From NCBI RefSeq assembly GCF_963921235.1, contig NC_086097.1:215824001-215888000 (forward strand): a stretch of DNA of 64,000 nt, written 5' to 3'. Position numbers and translations under genes: made by a program. The notes under the pieces are model-generated. The model worked only from the letters and a program-made list of their open reading frames with translations. It did not search any database and was not told the origin of the DNA. This DNA is from Mobula hypostoma. Its lineage: Eukaryota. Shown one piece after another: positions 34,446-47,059 of this stretch (its first letter is position 1; every line of letters begins with the position of its first letter).

Positions 34446-36122
34446 GTTTATTATTTGTGAATTGTGAAATCATTTAGGCATGTACTTCACCAACTAAAAT
34501 GGTATCCCAAAACCATTTTATTCTGGACTGAACAGCTGTCAGAGAGAGGAGGTAGGCAGACCATCTGTTTGAATCTGAGATCCCAGAGGACAATGGTCAA
34601 TGTTGTAACCCACTGCAATACCCTGGATGTGCAACTTCAGTGTTGACCTGTGGTGTTAGAACCAGTGATACAGAAAAGCATTGTCTTGCGAAGCAAAGCC
34701 TCCTTAAAGATCAATGAACAAGAATTCATTTTTGTTGCTGGCTGTAAAGAAACCTTATTTTTCATGTGGCTTATTCAACATTAAGCTAAAGTAGACAAGT
34801 TGCTTAGCACTGCTGTTTCAAACAACCTGTCTCATTTTGTCTTATTAGCAAAAGCTGACTGAGCATGAAGGTGTTCTTTACTTGTCAGTTGATAAAGTGG
34901 GCACTCCTTTTCTTATCTCTCAGATTCTGACTTTGTCTTGTCTAATCTATACAAGCACACCTATCATCTGTGCAGAGGGAATGATATCCAATTAATTCAA
35001 TATGCTAATTTAACAACACACATCATTAACCTAATGTGTAATATATAGAAACAGCAGTAAATTAATCATCACCAGGATAATGTCCAAATTTATTCTGAGA
35101 CTTCAATTAGCTGAAAATATGCACCTTTGGAATAGTATGCTAGAAGTTAACATTTTATATTTGAAAACATCATGTTATTCCTGAATAATTGCATAATTTT
35201 AAATGTAGTTTGTACAAGAAAAAGAATGTGGTACTTCACCAAGTTCAATTCTTAAATTGTAATGATAAGGAAGTACTGTTCATTCTTCTGTTCCAGAGGT
35301 CACCAAATTCATTCTGCTTGGATTATATATGGATAGTTTCTTCATTCATTCATCAGTGATACTGGATATGTTTTTCACAGCAATTCAACCTGCTCATTAT
35401 GGAAGCCCTCACAATCATCTGTTCTCTTTGTAAATTGTATTCTGTTTAAGTGTATATTGCATTCACATTTGACAGACTGATAGCATTACAATGGCTAAAA
35501 GATTTTGCAATACTACAGGATCTATTTTCTATACCGTACTTATAGCCATGAGTAATGCTTTATCGTATCAACTGTAATAATACCTACAACAGACCTTCCC
35601 CTATGGATTTCTCTTGTTTTCATCTAATTTCAGCAGTAGATGGAAGAAATCACTGGAGAAACAATAATAATTGCATAAAAATGTTATTTGCACTATTTCT
35701 TTCGGAGTTATTTTGTCAGAGTTGTAATAGGAGGGGAAACCCCGTGGAAACTGATTCCTCTTGAGTAACATATTTGGATGAAGCAACATGAGCTAGTGAT
35801 GGCAGACAACCCTTTTTCTAAACCCTTGACACTTTGAGATTGGCCAAGATATAGGAAAAGCATCATTGTTAAAAAGAGAGTCAAATTATATATGTATGTT
35901 GAAAGGATTTGTTGGCACACTGCCTTTTCACCTCTGGCACATAGATTTGAAAATAAGCCAAAATTAATGGAAAGGAATCTCCTCTGACTAAGCTTTCATT
36001 TCAGTGTGACAACCCACCCAATGCTGAATAGGATAAAGTCGAAATTTGAGGAGGTACCTACTTTGTGTAACTGAAAACTAAACTGCTGCGCCTGTTTTCA
36101 CTGACTGCATTAATAAAAAGGC

Positions 36123-36570
36123 ATTGTGAACATCGATTTCTCAAACTTCTGGTAATGTCCCACCCTCCACACCGGTCCCCATCCCCTTTTATCTCTCTCA
36201 CCTTATCTCCTTGCCTGCCCATCGCCTCCCCCTGGTGCTCCTCCTTCCTTTTCTTTCTTCCGTGGCCTCTGTCTTTTCCTATTAGATTCCCTCTTCCCCC
36301 TGTATCTCTTTCATCAATCAACTTCGCAGCTCTTTACTGCATCCCTCCCCCTCCCGGTTTCATCTATCACCTAAAGTTTCTCTCCAGCCTACCACCCGCC
36401 CCCAACCTTTTAAACCTGCTCCTCATCTTTTTTCTCCAGTCCTGCTAAAAGATCTCGGCCCGAAACATTGACTGGTTACTCTTTTCCACAGATGCTGCCT
36501 GGCCTGCTGAGTTCCTCTAGCAATTTGTGTGTGTTGCTTGGATTTCCGGCATCTGCAGATTTTCTCTTGT
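36123..36570 (+). mobile_element. PLE terminal repeat with degenerate hammerhead
   Basis: NIDFSNFW* end of ORF, pyrimidine tract, CCTGCTAAAAGATCTCGGCCCGAAACATTGAC, CATCTGCAGATTTTCTCTTG tail. Confidence 0.8.
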
Positions 36571-36647
36571 TAACAATCATAAAGATGCTGTTTTCATGTA
36601 TAAGCTATTTTTCACACCATTGGATACCCATATATGACAGGGCAAAG

Positions 36648-36769
36648 ACTGACATCCCTAACCCAATGTGAAATAGTGTAATCACTTTTAATTCAAGACA
36701 TATTATATATATAATATGTCTTGAATTAAAAGTGATTACATTATTTCACATTGGGTTAGGGATGCCAGT
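36648..36769. repeat. 122-bp spacer-less palindrome (two mismatches)
   Basis: ACTGACATCCCTAACCCAATGTG...TATTATAT|ATATAATA...CACATTGGGTTAGGGATGCCAGT, centre between 36708 and 36709. Confidence 0.95.
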
Positions 36770-36989
36770 TAGGGATATATATGCTCAAAGCACAAAACTA
36801 ATCAAAATTTAGCATCAAATAGATAAATTCACTTGAAATTCCTCATTGATAGGAAGTTAAAACATTCATACTTGTACATTGGTGCTCTTCTATCATTGAT
36901 ACAACACCATGTAGAGATGGAGATAGTTTCCCTTTATGACAAATATTAATTCAATACATACAACCAGGTTTCACAGCTAATTATTTGCT

Positions 36990-38260
36990 ACCTCATAGCT
37001 ACCTGAACTATAACTTTTTCCACCCTGTCCCTTGTAAAAATGCCATCCCCTTCTTTCAGTTCCTCTGTCTTTGCTGCATCACCATCAAGATGAGGTTTTT
37101 CATTCCAGAACTAATGAAATGAACTCCTTTTTCAAAGAAAGGGGCTTTGCTTCCTCTACCATCAACACTGCCCTCGCACACATCTCTTCCATTTTGCACA
37201 CGTCTCCCTCACTCCATTCTCCTGCCGCAATACCAGGGGTAGGGTTCCGTTTATCCTCACCCCCATTAGCCTCTGCATCCAGCACATAATTCTCCACAAG
37301 CTCCGCCATCTCAACGAGATCCCAACACCAAGCATATCTTTCCCTCCCCCTCACTTTCCACTTTGCGCAGGGGTCGGTCCCCTGTCCACTCGTCCCTCCC
37401 CACTGATCTCCCTCCTGGCACTTCTCCTTGCAAGCGGAACAAGTGCTACATCTGCCCCCTACACCTCCTCCCTCACAACCTTTCAGGGCTCCAAACAGTC
37501 CTTCCAGGTGAGGTGATACTTCACCTGTGAGTCTGTTGGGGTCATCTACTTGTATGCAATGCTCCTGGTAAGGCCTCCTGTATATCAGTAACACCCAATG
37601 TAGATTGGGAGACCACTTCGCTGAGCACCTATGCTCCATCCACTAGAAAAAGTGGGATCTCCTGGTAGCCACCCATTTCAATTCTACTTCCCATTCCCAT
37701 TACAACATGTCAGTCCATGGCCTCCCCTACTGCCTGAGGCCACACTCAGGTTGAAGGAGCAACATCTTATATTCTGTCTGGGTAGCCCCCAACCTGAAGG
37801 CATGAATATCAATTTATTGAACTTCCAGTAATTGCCCCCACCCCTTCACCATTCCCCATTCCTGTTTCCCTCTTTCACCATATCTCCTTACCTGCCCATC
37901 ACCCCCTTCCGATGCTCCTACTCCTTTCCCTTCTTCCATGGTGTTTTATCTTCTCCTATCAGATTCACCCTCCTCCAGCCCTTTATCTCTTTCATCAATC
38001 AACTTCCCAGCTCTTTACTTAACCCCCCCGCCGCCTTTCCCCTTCTCCCGGTTTCATCTGTCACCTACCATTTTGTATTTCTTCCTCCCCTACCCCCACC
38101 TTCTTACTCTGACCTCTCATCATTTTTTTCCCAGTCCTCTAGAAGTGTCTCAGCCCGGAATATCAACTGTTTATTCCTTTCCATAGATGTAGCTTGGCCT
38201 GCTGAGTTCCACCAGAATTTTGTGTGTGTTGCCTTGGATATCCAGCATCTGTAGATTTTC
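36990..38260 (+). mobile_element. PLE 3' portion (end of RT, GIY-YIG endonuclease, terminal repeat), degenerate
   Basis: CKNAIPFFQFLCL-type motif, GVIY..GLLYISNT..RLGDHFAEHL, RLKEQHLIFCLGS. Confidence 0.85.
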
Positions 38261-38505
38261 GAGCAACATACATCAAAGTTGCTGGTGAACGCAGCAGGCC
38301 AAGCAGCATCTATAGGAAGAGGCGCAGTCGACGTTTCAGGCCGAGACCCTTCGTCAGGACTAACTCCAGTTAGTCCTGACAAAGGGTCTCGGCCTGAAAC
38401 GTCGACTGCGCCTCTTCCTATAGATGCTGCTTGGCCTGCTGCGTTCACCAGCAACTTTGATGTATGTTGCTTGAATTTCCAGCATCTGCAGAATTCCTGT
38501 TGTTT
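38261..38505. mobile_element. Young fold-back PLE insertion inside the tail of an older PLE
   Basis: Inverted arms centred at ~38366; 13-bp TSD TCTGTAGATTTTC at 38248-38260 and 38506-38518. Confidence 0.9.
38326..38361 (-). ncRNA. Minimal type-I hammerhead ribozyme motif
   Basis: Reverse complement AGTC CTGACGA AGGGTCTCGGCCT GAAA CGTC GACT; the partner copy at 38372-38407(+) has CTGACAA (core G>A). Confidence 0.8.
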
Positions 38506-38614
38506 TCTGTAGATTTTCTCGTTTGTAGTTAATTATACAAATTAGCAGCCATCAGTCAGAGTCAGAAAAAGTACGTTTCAACTTTTGTCAATAACTTCAG
38601 ACAGAAAATAAAAT

Positions 38615-39225
38615 TAATTTCAAGGTACATTTTTATCTAAGTATGTATCCAGCCTTGAGATTCGTCTGCAGCAGACAGCCACGGAACAAAGAACCCATTA
38701 AAAAATGAAGGCTGTTAAACCCCCAAGAGCAGAAAGAAAAACAAATCACGCGAACAATAAACACAGGCAATAGCATTCAGAGCTCACGTCCACACAAAGA
38801 GTCCATTCACAGAGCCTTCAATGCAGAGCTGAACCGGCCCAAACCGCGCCCCGGGGTCCAACACGCTGACCTTTTCGATCTGGCCTGGCGCCCAGATTGT
38901 CATTCAAACATCGGGTTCAGTCACTTCGGTACACTCTGATACCTGGAACTCGCTGCCTCTAATCGGCCTGTACCTGACCTTTCCAATTTGGCCCAGTGTT
39001 TAAATCGCTTGAACCTTGCTCTTGGCAATGGGTCTGCAGCCTCGCCGCGCCTCGGTACTGCCACATCCAATTGCCTCCAAGTCCAAAGGGAAGTTACAAG
39101 CTATTGTTTGCGATGATCATTTACTAGAAATGGAGTGATTAACAAAGTATTTAGTTGTTTTTTTTGTTTCAGTGGCCATTGGCCAGAAGTCGCTGAGATT
39201 CACCAGTACCATCTTAAACAGGAAA
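38615..39225 (-). mobile_element. LINE-associated non-autonomous element / Rex1-type 3' tail
   Basis: Similar to 14891-15250 (CCTTGAGATTCGTC..GACCTTTTCGATCTGGCC); CpG-rich body. Confidence 0.55.
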
Positions 39226-39439
39226 AATAGATTAATTAGTAGGAACAATTTGCCTACTTTAAGTATAAATGTGATCCACGTTGACTCTTGGGACACTCAC
39301 AAAGCCTCAGGTGTGAGAAGGAGGTGGTGCTATGGCTTGCATGGCACTACAACATCTCGTAATTAAGATTGGAAGAGAGTGGGCATATAGCGAGAAATAG
39401 ATAAAGCACTTAGCCAAGCTAAAGCAGAAAGTGTCCCCT

Positions 39440-40010
39440 ACTGAAGCTGAGCGTCAATCTGGCCATCAGGTGCAAAGTGCTCTTCAGTGCTGCTCGTACC
39501 TTGCTCCTGTGCCACAGCAGTTAACTAAGCTGTCTTCCATTTCACCTGGGGATCCAAAATTGAGTGTGTCCTTCAGGAAGTGATGAGCAGGTCTCCAGAG
39601 AAAGAGGGTAAAAGCAGATCCTGATGGCCATCTTTGTGCGTGACTGCATCAAGCTGTGCATAGATCCTGATTGCACAAGCTCCATGAGTCGCTGTGCTGA
39701 GGTTCTAACTGTATCCGGTGTCGCAGGGACGAACCCTGTCATCGCACAACATCTCATTCATTTAGACCCTGCCGCACTTCGTTGAAAATCTTCTGCCTCA
39801 AAACACCTTTGACCACAGGTGCATTTAGTCAGCATCTGCAAGTAATCTGCTAGCGGGACTGCAGGATGAGACAGTGGGCCATATGGAATCATTTCCTTCA
39901 TAGTTTGGCAGAATGGCTCACCACCAGAAACAAACACCCAAGACCTCGCTTACTTCGTAATAAGAGGTACTACCTCTTCCTCCATGCTTAGCAGGAGCCT
40001 CAGCCCCATT
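39440..40010 (+). mobile_element. Tx1-clade (L1-like) LINE fossil
   Basis: ILMAIFVRDCIKLCIDP at ~39618-39670, followed by LRF..YPVS and NTFDHR-like segments, as in the post-RT region of Tx1 ORF2. Confidence 0.6.
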
Positions 40011-40272
40011 AAATACTGCCCAGTGTACAGAAAACAGTCATCTAACTTTTTGAAGGCTCTGTGTTTGCCAAGAAGGTCTGAAAGTGATGCAGTGCTCCTT
40101 GTAGAGATTAAACTCAAGTAGTTATGTAACCAGGACTCTGTGCTGTATGGGCTGTTCCCAGGCACACATTTCTCCTGTATTCTCTACAGTTGAAATATGC
40201 ACTTTATGTGGCCCAAACCTGCTGGTCTTTTAGTGTATAGATTCCATGAGTAAATGCTCCCCACCAGCACAT

Positions 40273-40500
40273 TCAAAGTTCAAAGTAAACTTATTATCAA
40301 ATTTGTCACAATATACAACCCCGAGATTCATTTTCTTGTGGGCATCTCAATAAATCAATAATAGAATAATAAATAAATAAATAAATAAATAAGCAAGCAA
40401 TATCGAGAACATGAGATAAAGAGTTCTTGAAAGTGAGTCCATAGGGTGTGGGAACATTTCAATGATGGGGCGTGAGGTTGTGTGAAGTTATCCCCTTTGC
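40273..40500 (-). mobile_element. Rex1/Babar 3' tail with (AAAT)n microsatellite
   Basis: TTCAAAGTTCAAAGTAAACTTATT tail; similarity to 17940-18070. Confidence 0.65.
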
Positions 40501-40823
40501 CTCATAAGTAAATTAAGCAATCATCTCAATGCCATCTCTAGGATGCAAGGCACTTTTGGTTCTTCTTTGTACCTTTTCCGTTTTGAATTGGGAGAAACAA
40601 TGAGGTGAAGGACCTGGGCCATATATAGCCCTAATGTAATGGTCCTAGTTTTAAAATGTAATCCAGCCATATAACCAGAAACTTACTGTCTTTCATCACA
40701 ATCTTCAGACACGATACTTGAATACTTGGTGAGTAGTCAATAATTCCACAAATCTCTTTCCCCTTCTGTCACCTTTAAATTGCATTCACTTAGATATGCT
40801 CTAAACATACAGTAAATTATGTA

Positions 40824-40910
40824 AGCAACACACACAAAATGCTGGAGGAACTCAGCAGGCCAGGCAGCATCTAGGGAGAAGAGTACAGTCGATATTTTGG
40901 GCTGAGACCT
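40824..40910 (-). mobile_element. Short PLE terminal fragment
   Basis: GCAACACACACAAAATGCTGGAGGAACTCAGCAGGCCAGGCAGCATC. Confidence 0.8.
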
Positions 40911-41357
40911 GCTGAAGGGCCGCTCACTGCTCAATCCAGAATGGATGGAAAGCATGCAAGGTGATGGCTGCATTCATTTGCTTCAAAGTCCTGTGCTGAT
41001 GCCACTACACCACTGGCTGGCTAACACTGATAACAGTTTCCTTTAAATTTCATCAGTTTAAAGCTGTCAATTTAATTGTTTCTTCATCTAGATGTCTAAT
41101 CATTTGTTATTTCCCCTTTTCAATAAACTGCTGAAAACACCCGTCTGACCAAGTGTATCAAATTAGTTCTTGCTGACCACACTGCTTTGAAAAATCTCAC
41201 ATCTTTTCTAAGAAACAGTATTTTGCGATCTCCAAGAAGATTGTGGTGCTCATTTCCTTTTGCTTTGACAATATGGAGAAAGAAGAGAGATGTACAAAAT
41301 GCTTAGCCTACCTTCAGCCATGTTATTCATTTATAACCACTGGCTCAACTGAAATAA

Positions 41358-41823
41358 CCGGGAATGAAAGGGTTACCGTATGAGGAATGTATGACAGCTC
41401 TTGGGCTGTATTCCCTGGAGTTCAGGAGAATGAAGGGGGATCTTGTAAAAACATAACGAATGTTAAAAGACCTGAACAGATTAGATATGGCAAAGTTATT
41501 TCCCATGGTAGGGGATTCTAGGACAAGAGGGCACAACTTCAGGATTGAAGGACATCCTTTTAGAACTGAGATGCGGAGAAGTTACTTCAGTCAGAGGGTG
41601 GTAAATCTGTGGAACTTGTTGCCATGAGTGGCTGTGGAGGCCAAGTCATTGGGTGTGTTTAAGGCAGAGATAGATAGGTTCTTGATTAGCCAGGGCATCA
41701 AAGGGTATGGGGTGAAAGCAGGGGAGTTGGGATGATTGGAAGAATTGGATCAGCCCATGATTGAATTACGGAGCAAGTTCAATGGGCCGAATGGCCTGCT
41801 TTTGCTCCTATATCTTATGATCT
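41358..41823 (+). mobile_element. CR1 LINE 3' end, same subfamily as 10225-13117
   Basis: Close colinear similarity to 12650-13115. Confidence 0.9.
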
Positions 41824-41825
41824 AA

Positions 41826-42920
41826 ATGCCATATATAAATTTACCAATGACACATCCATTGTTGGCAGAATTTCAAATTTAATGTCATTGGCATATGTCA
41901 TGAAATTTGTTGTTTTGCAACAGTATATTGCAATACATAATAATAAAAACTATAAATTACAATAAGAAATACATATAAAAAATTAAATTAAGTAAGTAGT
42001 GAACAAGAGAGAAGAAGTAGTGAGGTAGTGTTCATAGATTCCATGCTCATTCTTAAATCTGATGGTGGAGAGGAAGAAGCTATTCCTTAAACATTGAATT
42101 TGTGTCTTCAGACTCCTGTACTTCCCCTTGAAGGTGGCAGTGAGAAGAGGACATATGAGGGTTCTGAATGACGGATGCCACCTTTTTGAGGCATGGTTTT
42201 TTGAAGGTACACTAGATGCTAGTGCCCACGATGTGGCTGTCAGAGTTTACAACTTTCTGAGGCATTTTCGGATCCTGTGCAGTGGCCCCTCCATTCCAAA
42301 TGGTGATACAACCAGTTAGAATGCTCTCCACAGTGCACCTATAGAAATTTGCAAGCGTGTTTGGTGACACATCAAGTTTTCTCAATGTCCAGATGAAACG
42401 TGGCCACTGGCATTCCTTCTTTGTAATTCCATCAATATGTTGATTCCAGGATAAACCTGCAGAGATGTTGACTCCCAGGAACTTGAAACTGCTCACCTTT
42501 TCCACTTCTGAACCTTCAACGAGGACTGGTGTGTGTTCCCTTGACTTCCCCTTCCTGGTCCACCATCAATTCTTTGGTCTTACTGACATTGAGTGCAGTG
42601 CTGCTATTGTGACAGCACTCAACCAGCTGATCTATCCCACTTTTGTACGCCTCCTCGTCACCATCTGAAATTATGGCAACAATGGTTGGTGACAAGGAGG
42701 CATACAGCTGTGAAACAGATCAGCTGGTTGAGTCGTGTTGCAATGTTCTGCACATGCATTTTCAATTATATTTTATTAACCTATTTGTGAAAATATTTTG
42801 TTTTATGTGCTGTGTATGATATATGTATTGCGAGTGCACATTGGTCTGGAGGAATACCATATTGTTTGGTTGTACACATGTATAGTCAGATGACAATAAG
42901 CTTCAGCTTTGATCTTGAAC
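41826..42920. mobile_element. Rex1/Babar fragments (main piece 41875-42690 on minus strand)
   Basis: [36 protein letters not shown] in ORF 42212-42505(-); plus-strand tail at ~42820-42925. Confidence 0.8.
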
Positions 42921-44699
42921 TTGAAATTTTTACGGTAATTATTCTTCACTGCAAGACTATCTTGAACAGCACTTATGAGAGCAAAGATTATAATAGATAC
43001 TCTTGGACTGCTGCATTTTGTGAAGATACAGAGTTGACTTTCTTACTTTTTCCTGACATTGAATGAGCACAACTATAGTGCTGAGTTCCTGATCTAATAT
43101 TCTTCTTGCAGTAATGAATCCTCCCCTTCACAAGTCATCTGCAAGAGTCACTCTCACTAACATAACTGTGGACATATGTCAAGTACATTCCTCCCTTAGG
43201 TAATATCTTGCTTTCTGTAGATGCAAAGTGATCATTACACACAGACAGAAAGAATCATCATAAAAATAAATAAATTGGTGGTTATTCATCATTGAACCTA
43301 GTTTTGTATGAGTCTTCAGCATTGTGAATTGTATTTATTCTACTGAGTACTTTTAATGGAAAATATTTCATTAGTGTTAGTGAGTTATGGCTGCATAGTG
43401 GAAAATTATAGAACAACAAACTGTTGCAGTAATTTGGCAAAGAAATTAACTTTCTACTAAATTTGATTCGCAAAAATCAGGAAGTTGATCTGAAAAAAGT
43501 ATAGCAATATTGAGACCCCATAAACGTTGTGTCAATGACATCTCCTAATCCAGTTTTTAAAAAAATAATACAATAAAGGTCAAGAGTCAAAGAAAGAAAT
43601 AAAGTTAATGAGGGCCAAATAAAATTGGGGGCAAAAGGAGATAAAAAGAAAATAGGAAATTTAAGGCAAAGATAACAGAACAAACCAGGGGGAAAAAGGG
43701 ACTATTTTAATCCAACTGTATTTGGGAATTGTAACCTTTTTTTTTAAGAAAGCCAATGCATGAATTCCCGGGTAAATGTAAGGAATGGATACATTTTCTT
43801 AACCTATCAAATATGAAATCAGCACGCCCCATTCATCATGAACAGCAGTCACGGGGTATCCTGTGAATGTGTCCTTTCACTGCTTTTCTCAAGGTATGAG
43901 GAATGCAAAATGAAAAAAAAATCAAGATGCATTTAATTCACTTTTTACGATTCGAACAGTTGCATAATACAACAGTAAAGGAGTTCTTAACTAATCATCG
44001 TAATCAATCTCTATCAATTAGTCTACAGCGACCCAGAAATGACATACAAAACCCCCAGTGGTGGAGTGCTTTGGGTACCATATGCCCAAAATCACCTTTG
44101 TCCTCCCACGCATACTGTGCTCACCACCTCATGTTTCAGTTACTACTTACCAAAATACTACTTTCAGAAATAAATCTACATAACATGTATTTGATTGAGT
44201 GACCTCTTCTGATTTCTGAAATTTGCATCCTGAAAATTAATCCCTTCTGACACTGATGAGAGGTTTGGTACAAAACGACTGCCAAGACAGATAAAGGAGT
44301 GTTAAAAGAAAACTCTAAATTTGCAACCTGCTGCAGTGACACTCCTCAACTTCAGTCATCTTTCTATGAGCCTCCAAGGTTGAGTGTCAAGTCAGGACCA
44401 TAAATCATGTCATTGCTAGCCCTGTATAAGATTAATTAACAACCCTAAAAGGATGCAATGAGAATATTTCACAATAATGTCTTAAATCCAATAATTTCAC
44501 TGTTAGCTTTAAGTTTAATTGGAAGCCTTGCAGTGAGAAGTAACCTTTATAGCTTTTGGTAAATCATTGAACAGTGCAAATCATCAGACAATTTGCAAAT
44601 AATCCAAATTAATGGTGTATCCCTTTTCACTCAACAAATTGCTGGCCATTGCTGGATAGTGGAATGATACATTGAGAATCAGATTTGCCAGGCCCTACA

Positions 44700-44975
44700 G
44701 CACAAGCCTACTTTCAGCTGACACCCCTAACAATGGCATGTACATGCCAGTGGCCATGGACAATGAGAAACTCCTCAACCCTCTCTGGCCATCCAAGCTC
44801 ACATTGGGTCTGGATTTTCTGCAACACTGATTCTGGTGGCTCAAAGTGATCGCTGATCTATGTCAGTCTGTCGCTGCCTGCCCTCAGCGTGGCCAGTCCA
44901 ACTCCTCCAGCCAGTGACCCTCTGGGCTCCTTCAATCCGTGACACTCATGGTCCCACATCACCATGGATTTCATC
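44700..44975 (+). mobile_element. Gypsy-type integrase fossil (zinc-binding domain to first catalytic Asp)
   Basis: FWWLKVIADL..SVAACPQ..PSGLLQ..WSHITMDF. Confidence 0.6.
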
Positions 44976-45052
44976 CTGGTGAAGGGTCTTGGCCCAAAAT
45001 GTTGACTGTTACTTTATTCCTGTAGATGCTGCCTGATCTGCTGAGTTCCTCC
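44975..45052 (+). mobile_element. Short PLE terminal fragment with degenerate hammerhead
   Basis: CCTGGTGAAGGGTCTTGGCCCAAAATGTTGACTG..GATGCTGCCTGATCTGCTGAGTTCCTCC. Confidence 0.75.
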
Positions 45053-45580
45053 TACAGTAAATATTAATGCATTTGTCTAAGCATAAAAGTTTTGTTAAAT
45101 CAGAACTTTGAAATAAAGTTTTTTAGAATTATGAACAGAATTGATAAATGTGGAAGGGAGATTTCATTTAGTTAGGGAATTACTAAAGGATACATCAGTT
45201 TAAAACAATAATCATCAAAACGAAATGAGGACTACTGGAAGATGAACAACCTTGCAATAGGGGATGGCTGTAACAGATGAACATCTTTTTAAAGGGAAAT
45301 TGAATGCACATGGTGAAGAAACATTATTTAGTGGGAAGAAACAGAGGCAGAAAAATTAGGTTCAGAATACACTAAAAAGTATCGGCAGAAATATTATGAG
45401 ACAAATACTAACCCAAGCTATAAATTTCACCAGTTATATCTTCTTCAAAATTATTCTCAAACAATTTGAGAATCTGAACTTTAGTTCCACAAGATATATT
45501 CGAAGAAACTGCTGTGAATGAGAAATTAATGCTACATTCCAGTGGCCCTCATTGAATTTGATATGGATATTAATAACATA

Positions 45581-45749
45581 CAGTACTGTGCAAAAGTCTT
45601 AGGCACATATAAAGAGCTAAGGTACCAAAGACTCTTTTATATCATTTCCTGCATGTGTTAGTTTTGATTTGATTTAAAACACATGGTGGAAAGTCATTTA
45701 TATAGTGCATTTATATAGCAAGGGTGCCCAAGACCTTTGCACAGTACTG
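45581..45749. mobile_element. Tc1-like MITE
   Basis: TA-CAGTACTGTGCAAAAGTCTTAGGCAC ... GTGCCCAAGACCTTTGCACAGTACTG-TA. Confidence 0.85.
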
Positions 45750-45971
45750 TAGATACTTCCCTTTATCACAATAATTATAAAATTAATAACAGTATGATTT
45801 AATTGCAAGATGGCCCTTTTATGTTTTTATTTTCCTCCCAATAGGAAATCCCATTCTAGCTTCATTCTACACATAGACCCTTTCTGCTTTGAATGAACAA
45901 CTGCAAATGCACAGGATCCGAAAGAATGTGAACATCTTGCTGATTTTGAAGAAAATAATAAGAGATTTGTG

Positions 45972-45985
45972 CCAGTAGATGGCGC
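45972..45985 (+). promoter_or_regulatory. Candidate CTCF motif
   Basis: CCAGTAGATGGCGC matches the CTCF core consensus at all 14 positions, in non-repeat sequence. Confidence 0.5.
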
Positions 45986-46024
45986 AATATGTCTGACATT
46001 GGTAAACAACAGACAGGACTATTG

Positions 46025-46302
46025 ATTTTATTAACTTAGTGAAAGTGGGCAGGATAGGCCCTTCAAGTCACGCCGCTCCAGCAACCCCACAACCCCGATT
46101 AGTCCCAACCCAATCACAAGACAATTTACAATGACCAATTAACCTACCCTCTACGTCTTTGGGCTGTGGGAGGAAACCGAAGCACCTGGGGAAAAGCCAC
46201 ACTTCCCATGGCAGGACACACAAACTCCTTACAGAATGGCACCAGAATTGAACTCCGAATTCCAAAATGCCCCAAGCTATAATAGTGTCACACCAACGCT
46301 AC
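46025..46302 (-). mobile_element. tRNA-derived SINE (V-SINE/HE1-like)
   Basis: Minus strand GGAGTTCAATTC B-box and CCCAGGTGCTTCGGTTTCCTCCCACAGCCCAAAGAC core; related to 18575-18862. Confidence 0.75.
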
Positions 46303-47059
46303 TGAAGAGGTCCACATTTTTCTGTAGGCAGGCAATGAACAGTGTCTGCCACTTGTTGGACTAATTCTCACACATTTGGGCTTTGAAATATTTCTGGTGA
46401 TGTGTGTTGAAAGTACAAGTTTATATGTTCAAAGCAAAGTACACTGGGCATATGAGCACTCAGTGACTAGCAGAAATAAGTACAGTATGTGACTCCTTAA
46501 ACAACCTGAATGATGATTATGGAACTAACTGTAGCCTGGAAAGGATGCATAAATTAGCAGGGAGAGTTCATTGTCAACTCATGTAAAGAAAGGAAAATAG
46601 AGAAAAGGAAAGCAAATAAAAATAGACAAAGAAAATTATTTAAATTAATATGTTTCTATTTAAAATAAATTTATCAGTCTCAAGGAGTATTTAGGCAGTA
46701 ATTAAATGACTAAAATCCCTAAAAGAAAGTAATTTTATCACCTTTTTTCAGTTAGTAAAAACATGCCAAAATGATGCAATGCAGAAAGAGGCTATTCAAC
46801 CCATCCATTACATTGCTCTTTTCCCATAGCCTTAAGTTTCTCCCCTTGAGAGATTTATCTAATCCTCCTCTAAACATTACTAGTACTGCAGATCAGTGAA
46901 AAGTTGCTTGGTGTTGCCTTTTTCTCCTTTTCTAATCATGTCTTATCTATTTGCTGATCCTTCTGATACGTTTTCTCCTCCAAAATGCCCTACTGTTCTT
47001 AAATACACCTAATAAAATCTCCTCTTACTTTTCGCCGAAGTGTGGCAATTTTCCCATTC

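Noticed and set aside
15934..38512. Recurrent ORFs starting LVNAAGQAASLGRGTVDVSGRDP on both strands, resembling a small protein family
   Set aside because: They are translations of the non-coding PLE terminal repeat and appear on both strands because of the inverted arms
45845..46001. Plus-strand acceptor/donor pair around the CTCF-like motif
   Set aside because: Stops in all three frames
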